IMG/VR virus record: IMGVR_UViG_3300035675_000001
Reading direction: 5' to 3' (one strand)
DNA length: 64,000 nt
Source of the DNA: a virus
Taxonomy: Duplodnaviria; Caudoviricetes
The translations under genes were made by a program, and so were the position numbers. The notes beneath the pieces are model-generated. The model was not told the origin of the DNA, searched no databases, and saw only the letters and a program-made list of their open reading frames with translations. How positions within the stretch are numbered: position 1 is the first letter of the stretch; each line of letters opens with the position of its first letter. This document shows positions 36,114-45,500 of this stretch, piece after piece.

Positions 36114-38029
36114 TACATCCTCTCCGGGTAGAATTGCCGATACGGCTGCTCCGTCTTGGCCTCGTTGAGCGGGCCGGGACCAGAGCCGGTGACGGTCTGG
36201 CCTGTTTCAGACTGGCGTTTCAGCTCCATCGGGTGCCGCCCGTAGGAGGAGATAATCACGTCCCAGCTTCCGATCTCCGCCTTCATGTCCATGCCTTTTC
36301 TGCTGAACATGTTCTCGTGGAGCTTGCGCTTGCCACGGCTGCGGGAGGGAGCCGCTTCGCCCTTGATGCCCTGGCGAAGCTCCTCGACCAGCGCAACAAC
36401 ATCGGGCGACTGGCGCACCTTGTCTTCGATCTCGCGCAGGATGCGGTAGCTGTAAGGCGCGGGTCGTTTTTGTAAACTTTCCATAGCTGGCTCCTCGATT
36501 TCAGAGGGGAGCGCAGTGATGAACATGTTCACGACCTCATCGGGCAGGCGCATGTAGCGTTTGAAGATGGTCTCGACCCAGGCTTCGCGGGGCAGGTTGT
36601 ATTTGGCCATCACGTCGGCCAGGACATCGAGCACTTCGGCCTGCTGGCGCAGCATCTCCAGCTTCATCTGGTCTTCCAGGCTGCCGATGGGCGGCATCAT
36701 GGCCTTGATGTCCAGCTCGCGGATGTCTTTGCCCTTGAGCACCGCGTGGAAGTAGCCGAGCCAGGTGTAGCCGTTGATGACCGGGCGGCGGATGCCCTTG
36801 ATCTTCCGCAGGAACCTCATGTCCTGGGCAAGCAGCGCCTTGCCGCTCATGGCCTGGTCCCCACCGGCGCTGCCGCTCTTGGCACCAAACCAGGAGCGCG
36901 GCATACCGATGATCGAGTAAAAGAGGTCGGTCAGCAGCTCGATGTCGTAAACGTCGGGGATGTTCTGCGTGCCCTGGAGCTTTTCGATGGTGTGCTCGAA
37001 GCCGGTGGGCTTGGCGACCCACAGGATCGTGTCCAGCGACCAGGCGTTGTAGAAAGCCTGGAAGCCCATCGGGTCCGTGAGGTCTTGCGTCAGGCCGTTA
37101 CTGCCCTGGTTCTGGAGGCCAAAGGACAGCTTGCTGCGGAGGGTCTGCTTCCACCGCTGGACCGTCTTCATCTGCTCCATCGGCGGCTGATCCTTGGTGT
37201 CGATGTTGATGACGTAGCGGTCGGGCTGGACCTGGGCGCGGTGGACGACCATCTGGTCAATAGCCAAGCGCAGCTTTTTGTAAATCCCCTGCGCCTCGTC
37301 AAAAATCGGTTCGCCGTGCTCGCTGATGCGGAGCCGATACATGCGCCGGAAGTGGAGCATGTCCCACGGATACCACAGCTCCTCGACGTTTTGGCCGTCG
37401 CTGATGGCCACGCGCTCGATGGGCGTCTTGTTGTCCGGGTGGACGAACGCAGCTTCCTTGCTGGGCTTGTGGCCGGTCCAGCGGAACCCGACCACCTTGC
37501 GATTGCGCTCCAGCCAGTAGCGGCGAATGTCCATCGGGTGGATGAAGCTCATCCCCAGCACACCTTCGCCGGGCGCGTATTCCAGCTTCTCGAAATGGTT
37601 GCCCAGGGAGGCGACGTAGTAAATCTGCGAGGGCAGCAGCTCCTCCGTGTTCAGATTGACCAGCATCCCGTTCAGTTCATCCTCGAACTCGCGGTCGTTG
37701 CACTGATACCAGATCGAGGCCGGGCTGTTCTGGTCGGTCTGAGTAGCTTCGTCAACAATTTCTACCAGGGCGGCTGCCATCAAGTCCCATCCGGCCATCT
37801 CGTCCCAAAGCTGGAGCATGGCGTCGAAGGTGACAGGACGCCGCATGTAGGCGTTGAACCTTGACCAGACATCCGGGTTGGCGACCCTGCCCGCCTCCTG
37901 GAACTCCTTGAACAGCTCTTGATCTGCTGTGGGCGTGCCTGCCCGTGGAACGAGACTTCCGGTTGGCTGCCCGGATGTCCCGATCATCCCCAGGTATTTC
38001 AGCAGGCTTGTTGCAGTCGTGTTTGCCAT
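36113..38029 (-). CDS. portal protein (T4 gp20-like)
   Basis: KKLRLAIDQMVVHRAQVQPDRYVINIDT and DIELLTDLFYSIIGMPRS resemble gp20 core motifs; GTAGTTA 7 nt upstream. Confidence 0.75.
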   Translation of the reverse strand: MANTTATSLLKYLGMIGTSGQPTGSLVPRAGTPTADQELFKEFQEAGRVANPDVWSRFNAYMRRPVTFDAMLQLWDEMAGWDLMAAALVEIVDEATQTDQNSPASIWYQCNDREFEDELNGMLVNLNTEELLPSQIYYVASLGNHFEKLEYAPGEGVLGMSFIHPMDIRRYWLERNRKVVGFRWTGHKPSKEAAFVHPDNKTPIERVAISDGQNVEELWYPWDMLHFRRMYRLRISEHGEPIFDEAQGIYKKLRLAIDQMVVHRAQVQPDRYVINIDTKDQPPMEQMKTVQRWKQTLRSKLSFGLQNQGSNGLTQDLTDPMGFQAFYNAWSLDTILWVAKPTGFEHTIEKLQGTQNIPDVYDIELLTDLFYSIIGMPRSWFGAKSGSAGGDQAMSGKALLAQDMRFLRKIKGIRRPVINGYTWLGYFHAVLKGKDIRELDIKAMMPPIGSLEDQMKLEMLRQQAEVLDVLADVMAKYNLPREAWVETIFKRYMRLPDEVVNMFITALPSEIEEPAMESLQKRPAPYSYRILREIEDKVRQSPDVVALVEELRQGIKGEAAPSRSRGKRKLHENMFSRKGMDMKAEIGSWDVIISSYGRHPMELKRQSETGQTVTGSGPGPLNEAKTEQPYRQFYPERM

Positions 38030-38087
38030 ACGCTTTTAACTACCAAAAAGAACGGGAACCCTGGTCAACGATTCCGTTCTATCGAGC

Positions 38088-38300
38088 ATGGCTGAAAAGA
38101 AGCTCAAAGAACACATCGTGTCCTTTCGGATTCCGAAGGAACAGGCAGCTATCGTGACCAAGATGCTGGAGGACCAGCCCATCCTGGGCGTGAAGTCCAT
38201 CAACCAGTTTTTCCGCAAGATTGGGCGGGATCACTTGGCCGGTCGCCTGGCCTACAAAAACCCGGAGCACGCGACGGTCGATACAGACGTTCTCGACTAA
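38088..38300 (+). CDS. ribbon-helix-helix-like DNA-binding protein
   Basis: EHIVSFRIPKEQAAIV beta-strand plus helices; GTTCTAT 5 nt upstream. Confidence 0.55.
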   Translation: MAEKKLKEHIVSFRIPKEQAAIVTKMLEDQPILGVKSINQFFRKIGRDHLAGRLAYKNPEHATVDTDVLD

Positions 38301-38611
38301 ACCCGCTGCGCTTTGTGCGTCAAGGGGTTGATCTCGAAGAACACGTCCAGGCCGAACGTCGAAGTGCTTTCATGGTCGGCGACCCGGCACGGTATCCTCA
38401 CCGTGATCTTGTCCGGGTCAATTTTTTCGACCACGGCCAGTTCCACATTCAGCGGCTCGTCCTGCTGCTGGATCGTTTCCAGCAGCGTTTCACGAAAACA
38501 TCCAGTCCGGCATTCAGCTTGAATCCAGGCTGTCAAAGGGGGCTTCGGAGACGGGTCATCTTCGACGAAGGTGCCCGCAATCTTCCTGGCGGTCTCAGAA
38601 GGCGTAGTCAT
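38297..38611 (-). CDS. hypothetical protein
   Basis: ATG (MTTPSETARK). Confidence 0.55.
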   Translation of the reverse strand: MTTPSETARKIAGTFVEDDPSPKPPLTAWIQAECRTGCFRETLLETIQQQDEPLNVELAVVEKIDPDKITVRIPCRVADHESTSTFGLDVFFEINPLTHKAQRV

Positions 38612-39026
38612 ACTCCTCACCCGGAAAGTCCTCCGGCCTGACCTCGATCTGGACGCCGGTGCGGGCCTGCCCGTCCTTGACGAACCGAAAGAGCTTAGGC
38701 TCACGCGGAGAAGCTATTAGCCGGATGAGAGGAGTCAGGACTTCCTGGGGAAGTCGTCGGAAGGAAAGCTGGACAATCACGCCATCGGCAGGAGCTTTGG
38801 TTTCTTTCTCCTCCTCCGCCTCATTGAACACCCCGTCCTCCACTTGGTCGTCAGTATCGGCTTCGATGCCGGGCTTGAAGACCGTCACGTCGGCGAGGTT
38901 GGCCATGAGAGCGGGCTGCGATTGAAGCCGCAGCATGAGCCGGTTGACATAGACGGCGATCTTCTTGTCGATGTTCGCGTCTGCCAGCTTCTCGATCAGC
39001 AAAATGGCCAATTCACGGTCGGTCAC
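38595..39026 (-). CDS. hypothetical protein (late)
   Basis: GTG 4 nt after GTAGTTA. Confidence 0.65.
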   Translation of the reverse strand: MTDRELAILLIEKLADANIDKKIAVYVNRLMLRLQSQPALMANLADVTVFKPGIEADTDDQVEDGVFNEAEEEKETKAPADGVIVQLSFRRLPQEVLTPLIRLIASPREPKLFRFVKDGQARTGVQIEVRPEDFPGEEYDYAF

Positions 39027-39274
39027 GCCCTAACTACGTCTTCGGAGCGGAATTTATTGCGGGCACCAAAATACTCGCGTAGCGCCTGCGATACCAGCCG
39101 TCGAAGCCAGTCTTTGGGCAAACGGGACCGACCGGTAGAGAACAGTGGAGATACCTCTGACGTGACCTCACACACTTCTTGACCGTTCACCTGTAAGCAA
39201 TAAAGCTTCACGAACATAACTCGCACACCTACCAGAACGGATTGGGAGTAGCCTCCAGTCGCATCTAAGCGCAT
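39023..39274 (-). CDS. small hypothetical protein
   Basis: 83-aa ORF, start uncertain. Confidence 0.35.
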   Translation of the reverse strand: MRLDATGGYSQSVLVGVRVMFVKLYCLQVNGQEVCEVTSEVSPLFSTGRSRLPKDWLRRLVSQALREYFGARNKFRSEDVVRA

Positions 39275-39315
39275 TACCGATCAATTTGTCATCGCTATAA
39301 ACCGTTCTTCCCTCC

Positions 39316-40353
39316 ATGAGAGCTTTAGTTTACGCGGATTTGCAGGCCACGGACGGGCACGAGCGGTGTTTTGGTGACCCCACCAAATCCCTGCAACTCT
39401 ATCGCATTGAACGGTTTTTCGACCAAATCGAGCGCATCTACAAGGAGCACCAGTGCGACGCGCTTTGGGACTTGGGGGACACGACCGACGACCGGACGGC
39501 GGTCCCCGTGCCGGTCATCGACCTGATGTGCGACCGGCTGGAACGATTCCTGGGCCGCTGGAACTTGAAGCTGGTCGGCAACCACGAGCAGTTCCTCCGG
39601 GACACCAAAATCCACGCCGGGAAGATGTTTCGAGCCTATTTCCACGTTGTGGACGGCTGCGAGCTGATTCCGTGCGAAAAAGTAAACATTTTGTGCATCA
39701 GCTACCACGATGACGAAAGCACGGTCCAGAACTTCCTGCGGCTCCACCGGGCCAAGCGCCCCGTGCTGCTCTTGGGCCACTTTCAGGTTTCGGGGTGCCA
39801 GCTCCCTGGCGGCATCTCCATAGCCGGGCTGGGCAAGGAGTCGCTTGATTTTGTAAACATTGGCCTGCTTGGGCACATCCATCGGCCCCAAACCATCGGC
39901 AGCAAGCTTCACTACGTCGGATCACCCTTCCAGCAGGACTGGGGCGAGTCTGGCGAGGCCAAGCGCGTGGCCATCGTGGACATCCAGGGCGACAAGATCG
40001 ACGTGTCCTGGGTGCCCCTGGAGGGCTTCCCGGCCTATCGTCAAGTGGCGTTCGCCGATTTCATCTCCGGCGTCAAAGCGGACTCCGAGGACCGCTACAA
40101 GGTCGTGCTCCGAAGCGTCGAGGAGACCGAGAAGTATTACGCCCACCCCCTGGCCAACCGCGCCGACGAGGCCATCTACGACTACCAGCAGACGGTCGAA
40201 ACCAACGGGACCGAGACCGGCGAGCCAATCCCACGCTCCAAGCAGGACATCATGCTGCGATACCTAAGACAGAATCCGCCGCAGGATGCGGGGATCGTCC
40301 TGGAAGACGACGCCATGCTGGCCTACGGGGATCAGATTTCGTCCGGCACATGA
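39316..40353 (+). CDS. SbcD/Mre11-like recombination nuclease (T4 gp47-like)
   Basis: ADLQ, LGDTTD, GNHE, GHFQV, GHIH metallophosphoesterase motifs. Confidence 0.85.
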   Translation: MRALVYADLQATDGHERCFGDPTKSLQLYRIERFFDQIERIYKEHQCDALWDLGDTTDDRTAVPVPVIDLMCDRLERFLGRWNLKLVGNHEQFLRDTKIHAGKMFRAYFHVVDGCELIPCEKVNILCISYHDDESTVQNFLRLHRAKRPVLLLGHFQVSGCQLPGGISIAGLGKESLDFVNIGLLGHIHRPQTIGSKLHYVGSPFQQDWGESGEAKRVAIVDIQGDKIDVSWVPLEGFPAYRQVAFADFISGVKADSEDRYKVVLRSVEETEKYYAHPLANRADEAIYDYQQTVETNGTETGEPIPRSKQDIMLRYLRQNPPQDAGIVLEDDAMLAYGDQISSGT

Positions 40354-40595
40354 AGAAGTTCATTCCGCTGGCCCTGCTGGCGCTCACCGGGTGCATACCG
40401 ATGGGTAAGAGCACCCACCTGGTTCTCGGCGTGGGGGTGTTCCGGGTTCAGAGCACCAATGAGGTCACGGTCGTCAAAGCCAACACCCTGGGGGTCCACG
40501 CTGGAGCCGGTCGGTTGAACGTCGGCCTGTCCAGCGTCATGACGGCCAGCATCCCAACCAACAGCAACACGATCCTGGAGATCAAGGGTAGATAG
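40350..40595 (+). CDS. small lipoprotein
   Basis: MKK...LALLALTGC lipobox. Confidence 0.7.
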   Translation: MKKFIPLALLALTGCIPMGKSTHLVLGVGVFRVQSTNEVTVVKANTLGVHAGAGRLNVGLSSVMTASIPTNSNTILEIKGR

Positions 40596-40600
40596 AGGGT

Positions 40601-41014
40601 ATGAGAAAGCTGCACATGTTGCTCATCGGAGCCGCCCTGGCATTGGCTGCCACTGGCTGCCAAGGTCTCAAGTCCGTGGTGACCACGACCCAAACGGGCC
40701 TGGGCATCAGCATCTCGGAAAACCCCTCCACGCAGCTCTACGAAGCTCGCCTGGGCTATTTCCGAAACGAGTTCGCCTTCGTGCCCGGCGACACCAACTG
40801 CCCGGCCACGGTGCCTGACGTGATGATGGAGATTCGCATGGAGAACATCTTCAAAGGCGGTCTCGTCTATCAACGCCTGGCGGTCGGCAAGAACGCAGTC
40901 CAGCAGCCCGGCGCTTCGCTCATGTTCGCCAGGGACAAGGATGGCGGCTTGAACAGCAACGTGGTTGACGCCATCAGCCAAAAGGTCCGCAACATCCCCG
41001 AAGCCCCGAAATGA
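40601..41014 (+). CDS. lipoprotein
   Basis: MRK...LALAATGC lipobox. Confidence 0.7.
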   Translation: MRKLHMLLIGAALALAATGCQGLKSVVTTTQTGLGISISENPSTQLYEARLGYFRNEFAFVPGDTNCPATVPDVMMEIRMENIFKGGLVYQRLAVGKNAVQQPGASLMFARDKDGGLNSNVVDAISQKVRNIPEAPK

Positions 41015-41169
41015 ACACACGAGTTTTCCGCATCGACCTGGTGACTGAGCCGGACCTCGCCGCCGCCATCCAGGCAGCCTGCGACAAGCAGCTCACCGAA
41101 GGGTTCAAGCTCGCCTCGACCTTCGTCTGGAAGACCGACCTGGTTCTGATCTTCCAGAAAACGTCGTAA
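41011..41169 (+). CDS. 52-aa protein (DUF4177-like pattern), absent from the ORF track
   Basis: MNTRVFRIDLVTEPDLAAAIQAACDKQLTEGFKLASTFVWKTDLVLIFQKTS; ATGA-coupled. Confidence 0.55.
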   Translation: MNTRVFRIDLVTEPDLAAAIQAACDKQLTEGFKLASTFVWKTDLVLIFQKTS

Positions 41170-41305
41170 ACATTTTCTACCCCATCGAAGCGCATTAACT
41201 TCCAATGCGCTTAGGCAACTGAAAACGGGGTCGCGTGGTTACGAGTGGTTAGAGCACTCCAGGCCAAGCCGGGGGTGCCAGAACGAAACAACAAACACAT
41301 AACGT

Positions 41306-41872
41306 ATGAATCAAGCATCATTAGTTCCGTTTGGGACAGACGCATCCCGGCTGGCTGGCTACGCACAGACAGCAAATGAGCGCCTGGGCGCGGTGGACTT
41401 CATCTTCGAGAACACGGGCAAAGTCGCGGCCTACATCCGCGTCAAAGCCTACGTGGCCCCGACGACCACTCCGTCCGGCTATGCCGACGTGAATCCGATC
41501 TACGCGGGCGTCATGCCCAGTGGCGGCGAAGCCGCGACGTTGGGACCGGAGATTTACGTCAACGCCGGTGGCGTCGTCACCCGCAGCTACAACCTCCTGA
41601 GCAAGCGCATCGGCTTCTTCGGGTCAGGTGTCAAAGCCACGGTGAACGGCCAGGTCATCAGCTCGACCACGGTCAACATCTCGGCTGTCCTCCGCAACAA
41701 GAGCGACATCCGGGGAGCGCAAATCGACATCAGCCAGGTCGGTCGCCAGGGCTGGGGCTTCGATCCCGCGTTCAACACCCCGAACCTCACCAAGAAGTGG
41801 GGTCAGCTCGATGCCACGACGGGTCAGCTCAATCCGAACGACCCGAACTACAACGAGCCGCTGCCGAGCTAA
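41306..41872 (+). CDS. hypothetical, probably abundant structural protein
   Basis: strong C-ending codon bias, A-rich leader, own terminator. Confidence 0.65.
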   Translation: MNQASLVPFGTDASRLAGYAQTANERLGAVDFIFENTGKVAAYIRVKAYVAPTTTPSGYADVNPIYAGVMPSGGEAATLGPEIYVNAGGVVTRSYNLLSKRIGFFGSGVKATVNGQVISSTTVNISAVLRNKSDIRGAQIDISQVGRQGWGFDPAFNTPNLTKKWGQLDATTGQLNPNDPNYNEPLPS

Positions 41873-41910
41873 GCCTTTCACTCAAGGGCAAGTCGTTATA
41901 CAGTCGCAAA

Positions 41911-41935
41911 GCCGGGCCGAGTGGCCCGGCTTTTT
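41911..41935 (+). terminator. intrinsic terminator
   Basis: GCCGGGCC-GAGT-GGCCCGGC plus T5. Confidence 0.8.
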
Positions 41936-41947
41936 GTTCTTTCTGGC

Positions 41948-42559
41948 GTGAAGAAAGAGATCGGTTTCATCGCCAGCGAGTCTGGAGCGGTCGTCAAATA
42001 CGACCCAAAGATTCATGCGGTCCAGCAGTCTGTGCCGCCAGCGGGTCCGTTGACCAAGCACCAGCGAGCCACGCTTTACTTCAAGGCGCTGCGGGCTGCC
42101 AATGCCCTGCTCAGAGAAGTCGGGTTCCACACCGTAGCCGACGTGGGCCACAGCGGCTTCTGCATCGAGATGGACGGGTTCATCCTGGAGATGATGGTCA
42201 AGGAGCCTCCGCGCCTGGCCCACGTCACCAGCTACCCTGGCTACGAGTATGACCCCAAGAAGATCAACGCCAAGGTCACGATGGCGTGCCCCACCGAGGA
42301 CAATGAATACGTGATCCAGGTCATCGCCTCCTACCGGCGCGGGACCATGCCCCCGTTCTACATCGTCGTGGCCAAGGATTCACCCGACGTGCTCAAAGAA
42401 GCCTTCCGCAGCATCCTGTTCGCGGCCCGCGACTTCATCCAGAAAGACCCCAACCTGATGGCAAAAATCCAGGCCGCGATGGCAAACCGCGACCTGGATA
42501 AAGACCTGGAACGATTAAGCGCGGCAGACAAGTTCTTGCCGCCGCCGATGTCAGATTAG
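41948..42559 (+). CDS. hypothetical protein
   Basis: GTG start (VKKEIG) 7 nt after GTTCT. Confidence 0.6.
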   Translation: MKKEIGFIASESGAVVKYDPKIHAVQQSVPPAGPLTKHQRATLYFKALRAANALLREVGFHTVADVGHSGFCIEMDGFILEMMVKEPPRLAHVTSYPGYEYDPKKINAKVTMACPTEDNEYVIQVIASYRRGTMPPFYIVVAKDSPDVLKEAFRSILFAARDFIQKDPNLMAKIQAAMANRDLDKDLERLSAADKFLPPPMSD

Positions 42560-45500
42560 CGTGATCGCCACGTTGACGGCCACGGCCCTTCCTAGCGGCC
42601 CATCCGGGCTGGTGTTGAGAAGGTGGTAGGTGCCAGTGTTCTGGTCCTTGAGCACCAGTCCAGAGCTTCCTCCGCCGTCGAGGTTGATGGCGTTATAGAC
42701 CTTGTAGTCTTGGATGAGGATGTCCGCGATGTCGCCGACTCTCATGCCGCCCTGGCCTCCGCTGGACCCGCTGACGCCTTCCACCACGCAGATAACAAGC
42801 GTTTGCTGATCGAGGGTGACTCCGGCGACGGTGCGGGCACGGATCAAGTCATACCAGGAGTTGCTGTTGCTGTAGCCGCTGATGGCACTGAGCTGTCCGG
42901 CATTGGTGCCGTAAATCGGGATCGTCTTGACGCCATTGGTGATGACCTGGGCGCTGCCACTGACCGTGTTTACAAGCTGCATCGCTTCGAGGATGTGCTT
43001 GTTGTCACCGAACGCCGGGTTGCGATGAACAACAGCCGCGTGGAAGTTCGCGTCGAAGTTGAGCGCCGGAGCGTAGGGCAGTATCGCGTAGCTCTGGTTC
43101 GGGTATCCGAAGCCGATGGGCTGCGGCTCGAACGGCGAGAATTTATTCGTGCTCGAAACAGTGAAGCCGACGCTCGCTGCGTTCAAGTCAAAGGACGGGA
43201 ACGGCAGGAAGAAGTTGCCGTTGAACGCCAGGTCGGAATAGACCATTTGGGCGAAGTCAAGGGTCGTCTGCCGAACCGTGTCTCGCGTGCCTCCAGGATA
43301 CGTCACGTAAACATTGGCGTGGCGCATATCGACCACGGCGATGAACATGCGGGTGCCGTCAGGCAGCGCCCTGGACTCAACAGTCACGCCCTCCTTGGGG
43401 ACGAAGCTGCCGCTGAAATTCCACTCCAGCAGGTCAAACGCTGCGCCAGGCTCAGTCCCAGCCCAGGTGTAGATGCCCCCGTCATGGATGACCGTAGCGT
43501 AGCGTTCCACTGGAGGCGCAGCCACGACGATGCGCGTGCCACTGTCCGAAATATAAGCCGAAGGCCAGCGATAGAGGTAGGCATTCTCAACCACCCGCAA
43601 GCTGTTGCGCTCGACTTCGGGAACCCGGTTGGTGGGCGGAGGCGTTCCGTAGCGCACGAGGCTTTGGAACGGATTGGCAGCCAGGATGTGCGGCAGCTCG
43701 CCTTCTTCACCAAGCCACACATCCATGTCGCCATTGAATCCCGCGTCCTCGCGCCCTGCGTAAAGTTTGAAGACCAGCGGCCCGGCCAGCGGCGTGTTGC
43801 TGCCATACCAGGTCGAGGGATAAGGGAGTGCCGGAACTGAATCGTTGATGCCACGGCAGCGCACCAAAACGTATTCTGCGCCTGCCGATTGGACCGTCAA
43901 AATGCTGTCAGGATTGATCTCACTCGCAGTGATGTCCACGGGCAGCGTGCCGTAGAAGCGATACTCGCTGCGGTCAGTCAAACCCGTGAAGCCCACCGAG
44001 CGGATCGGAGTCGGGCTGGCAGGATAGAGAGTCCCTGCCGCGTAAAGGCGGGGCCGTGGCACCCAAGGCTTCCAGGTCACGTTGACCGCCGCCTTCTTGG
44101 CATACATGCGGAACGCGAGCACGTCTCCGGGCAGAACGTCGATGATGATGTTCCGAATGCCTTGGCGGAGCACAAAGTAAGAAGGCACGCTGTTGCGGTA
44201 GCGCACGATTTGCTTTTCGCTGTCGGCACTGACCGTAATCGACAGCGTGCCTTGGCCCGCGACGCTGAGGAAAGGCTGCTCAGGTCGGTTGGCCGTAATT
44301 CCGACAGTCTCCTCGCCCGTGGTCAACCCATTGATGCCGTCGTTGTAGGTCTCCGGGACGACAGCGAAGAATGGCATCCCATTGTCCACATGGTTCATGT
44401 AAACATCCACGTCGCGCTGGTTCTCCGGGTCACGGTAGCGGAACACCATACCGCCCGAAACGGACCCCGTGCAGATCACATCCTGGCAATCGTAAACAAC
44501 TTCCACGTCACTGCGGAGCACGGGCTGGTAACCAGTCGTGAAGGGCAGGCTGCCGTAGAGGCCGTAGCAGGTGCCTTGGAAGCAGACGTAATCAGGCGGA
44601 ACAGTCGTGCCGGGGTAAGGGATCACCAACGGACTGCTGGTGCCGTTGCAAGCCACAAAGCCGTAGGGCACTCCGCACATGCTTCCGTTGGTATAGGCCA
44701 CATACGGATCGTGCGGCGGGAACGTGCCGTAGAGCGTGCCGACCCACTCCTCGATCAAGCAGGGATTGCAGTGGCAGAGAGTCACGTTGTCGGCAGGGGC
44801 CACGAACGGAGCCGGGTCGTAGAGCGGCTGAGGAACGTGCATCTTGTGATCCACGTTTTCCTGGCCGTAGCAGAACATGCCCACCGGAGCGCACTTCGGA
44901 TCGTAGCAAGCCACGATGTCAGCGACCATCGGGTAGATCGTGCCGGACACGTCAACCGTGTAGGTGCCGCTGGAGCTGGTGGTCGTGCCCATCATCACAT
45001 CGACGAGGCCAGTGTTGTGGTAGCACGCGCCGTCGAACCGGGCGAAGGGAGCCGATGTCGTTGAATAGATCGTGCCCTCCAGAGGAACAGGGTCGGGTCG
45101 AACAGTGCCCATAGGCCAGGTGCCCAGGTCAGCGCCAGTTTCGTCCAGCGTCACGATCCCGACCAGGCCATTGTCGATGAAGCAGCCATCAGAAATGTCA
45201 ACGTCTGCCTCTCCGATCTTGAGGTAGGTCTCCAGATCAGGACTGAAAGCGTCGGCAGTGATGGGAACACTGACAGTCTCGGTCCCATACCCGCCCGCCG
45301 TCAGAAGACGCAGGGTGACGACCGTGCCCTGGTTCACAAAGCCATTGGCCAGGTAAACGGCGACTTTCCCGGATACCCGGCGCGGGCGCTGGATGATCGT
45401 CGGGTAGGCGGGCATCATGAACGAAATTGTAAACGGGCGTGCGTTCTCGATGGCGTAGGTGCTGTTGGCATCCACTTCAAGCACACCTGGAACAGTCGGA

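Noticed and set aside
41226-41281. tRNA-like stretch (AGTGGTTAGAGC, ends in CCA)
   Set aside because: Too short, no TTC T-loop and no acceptor-stem pairing; kept only as a structured leader
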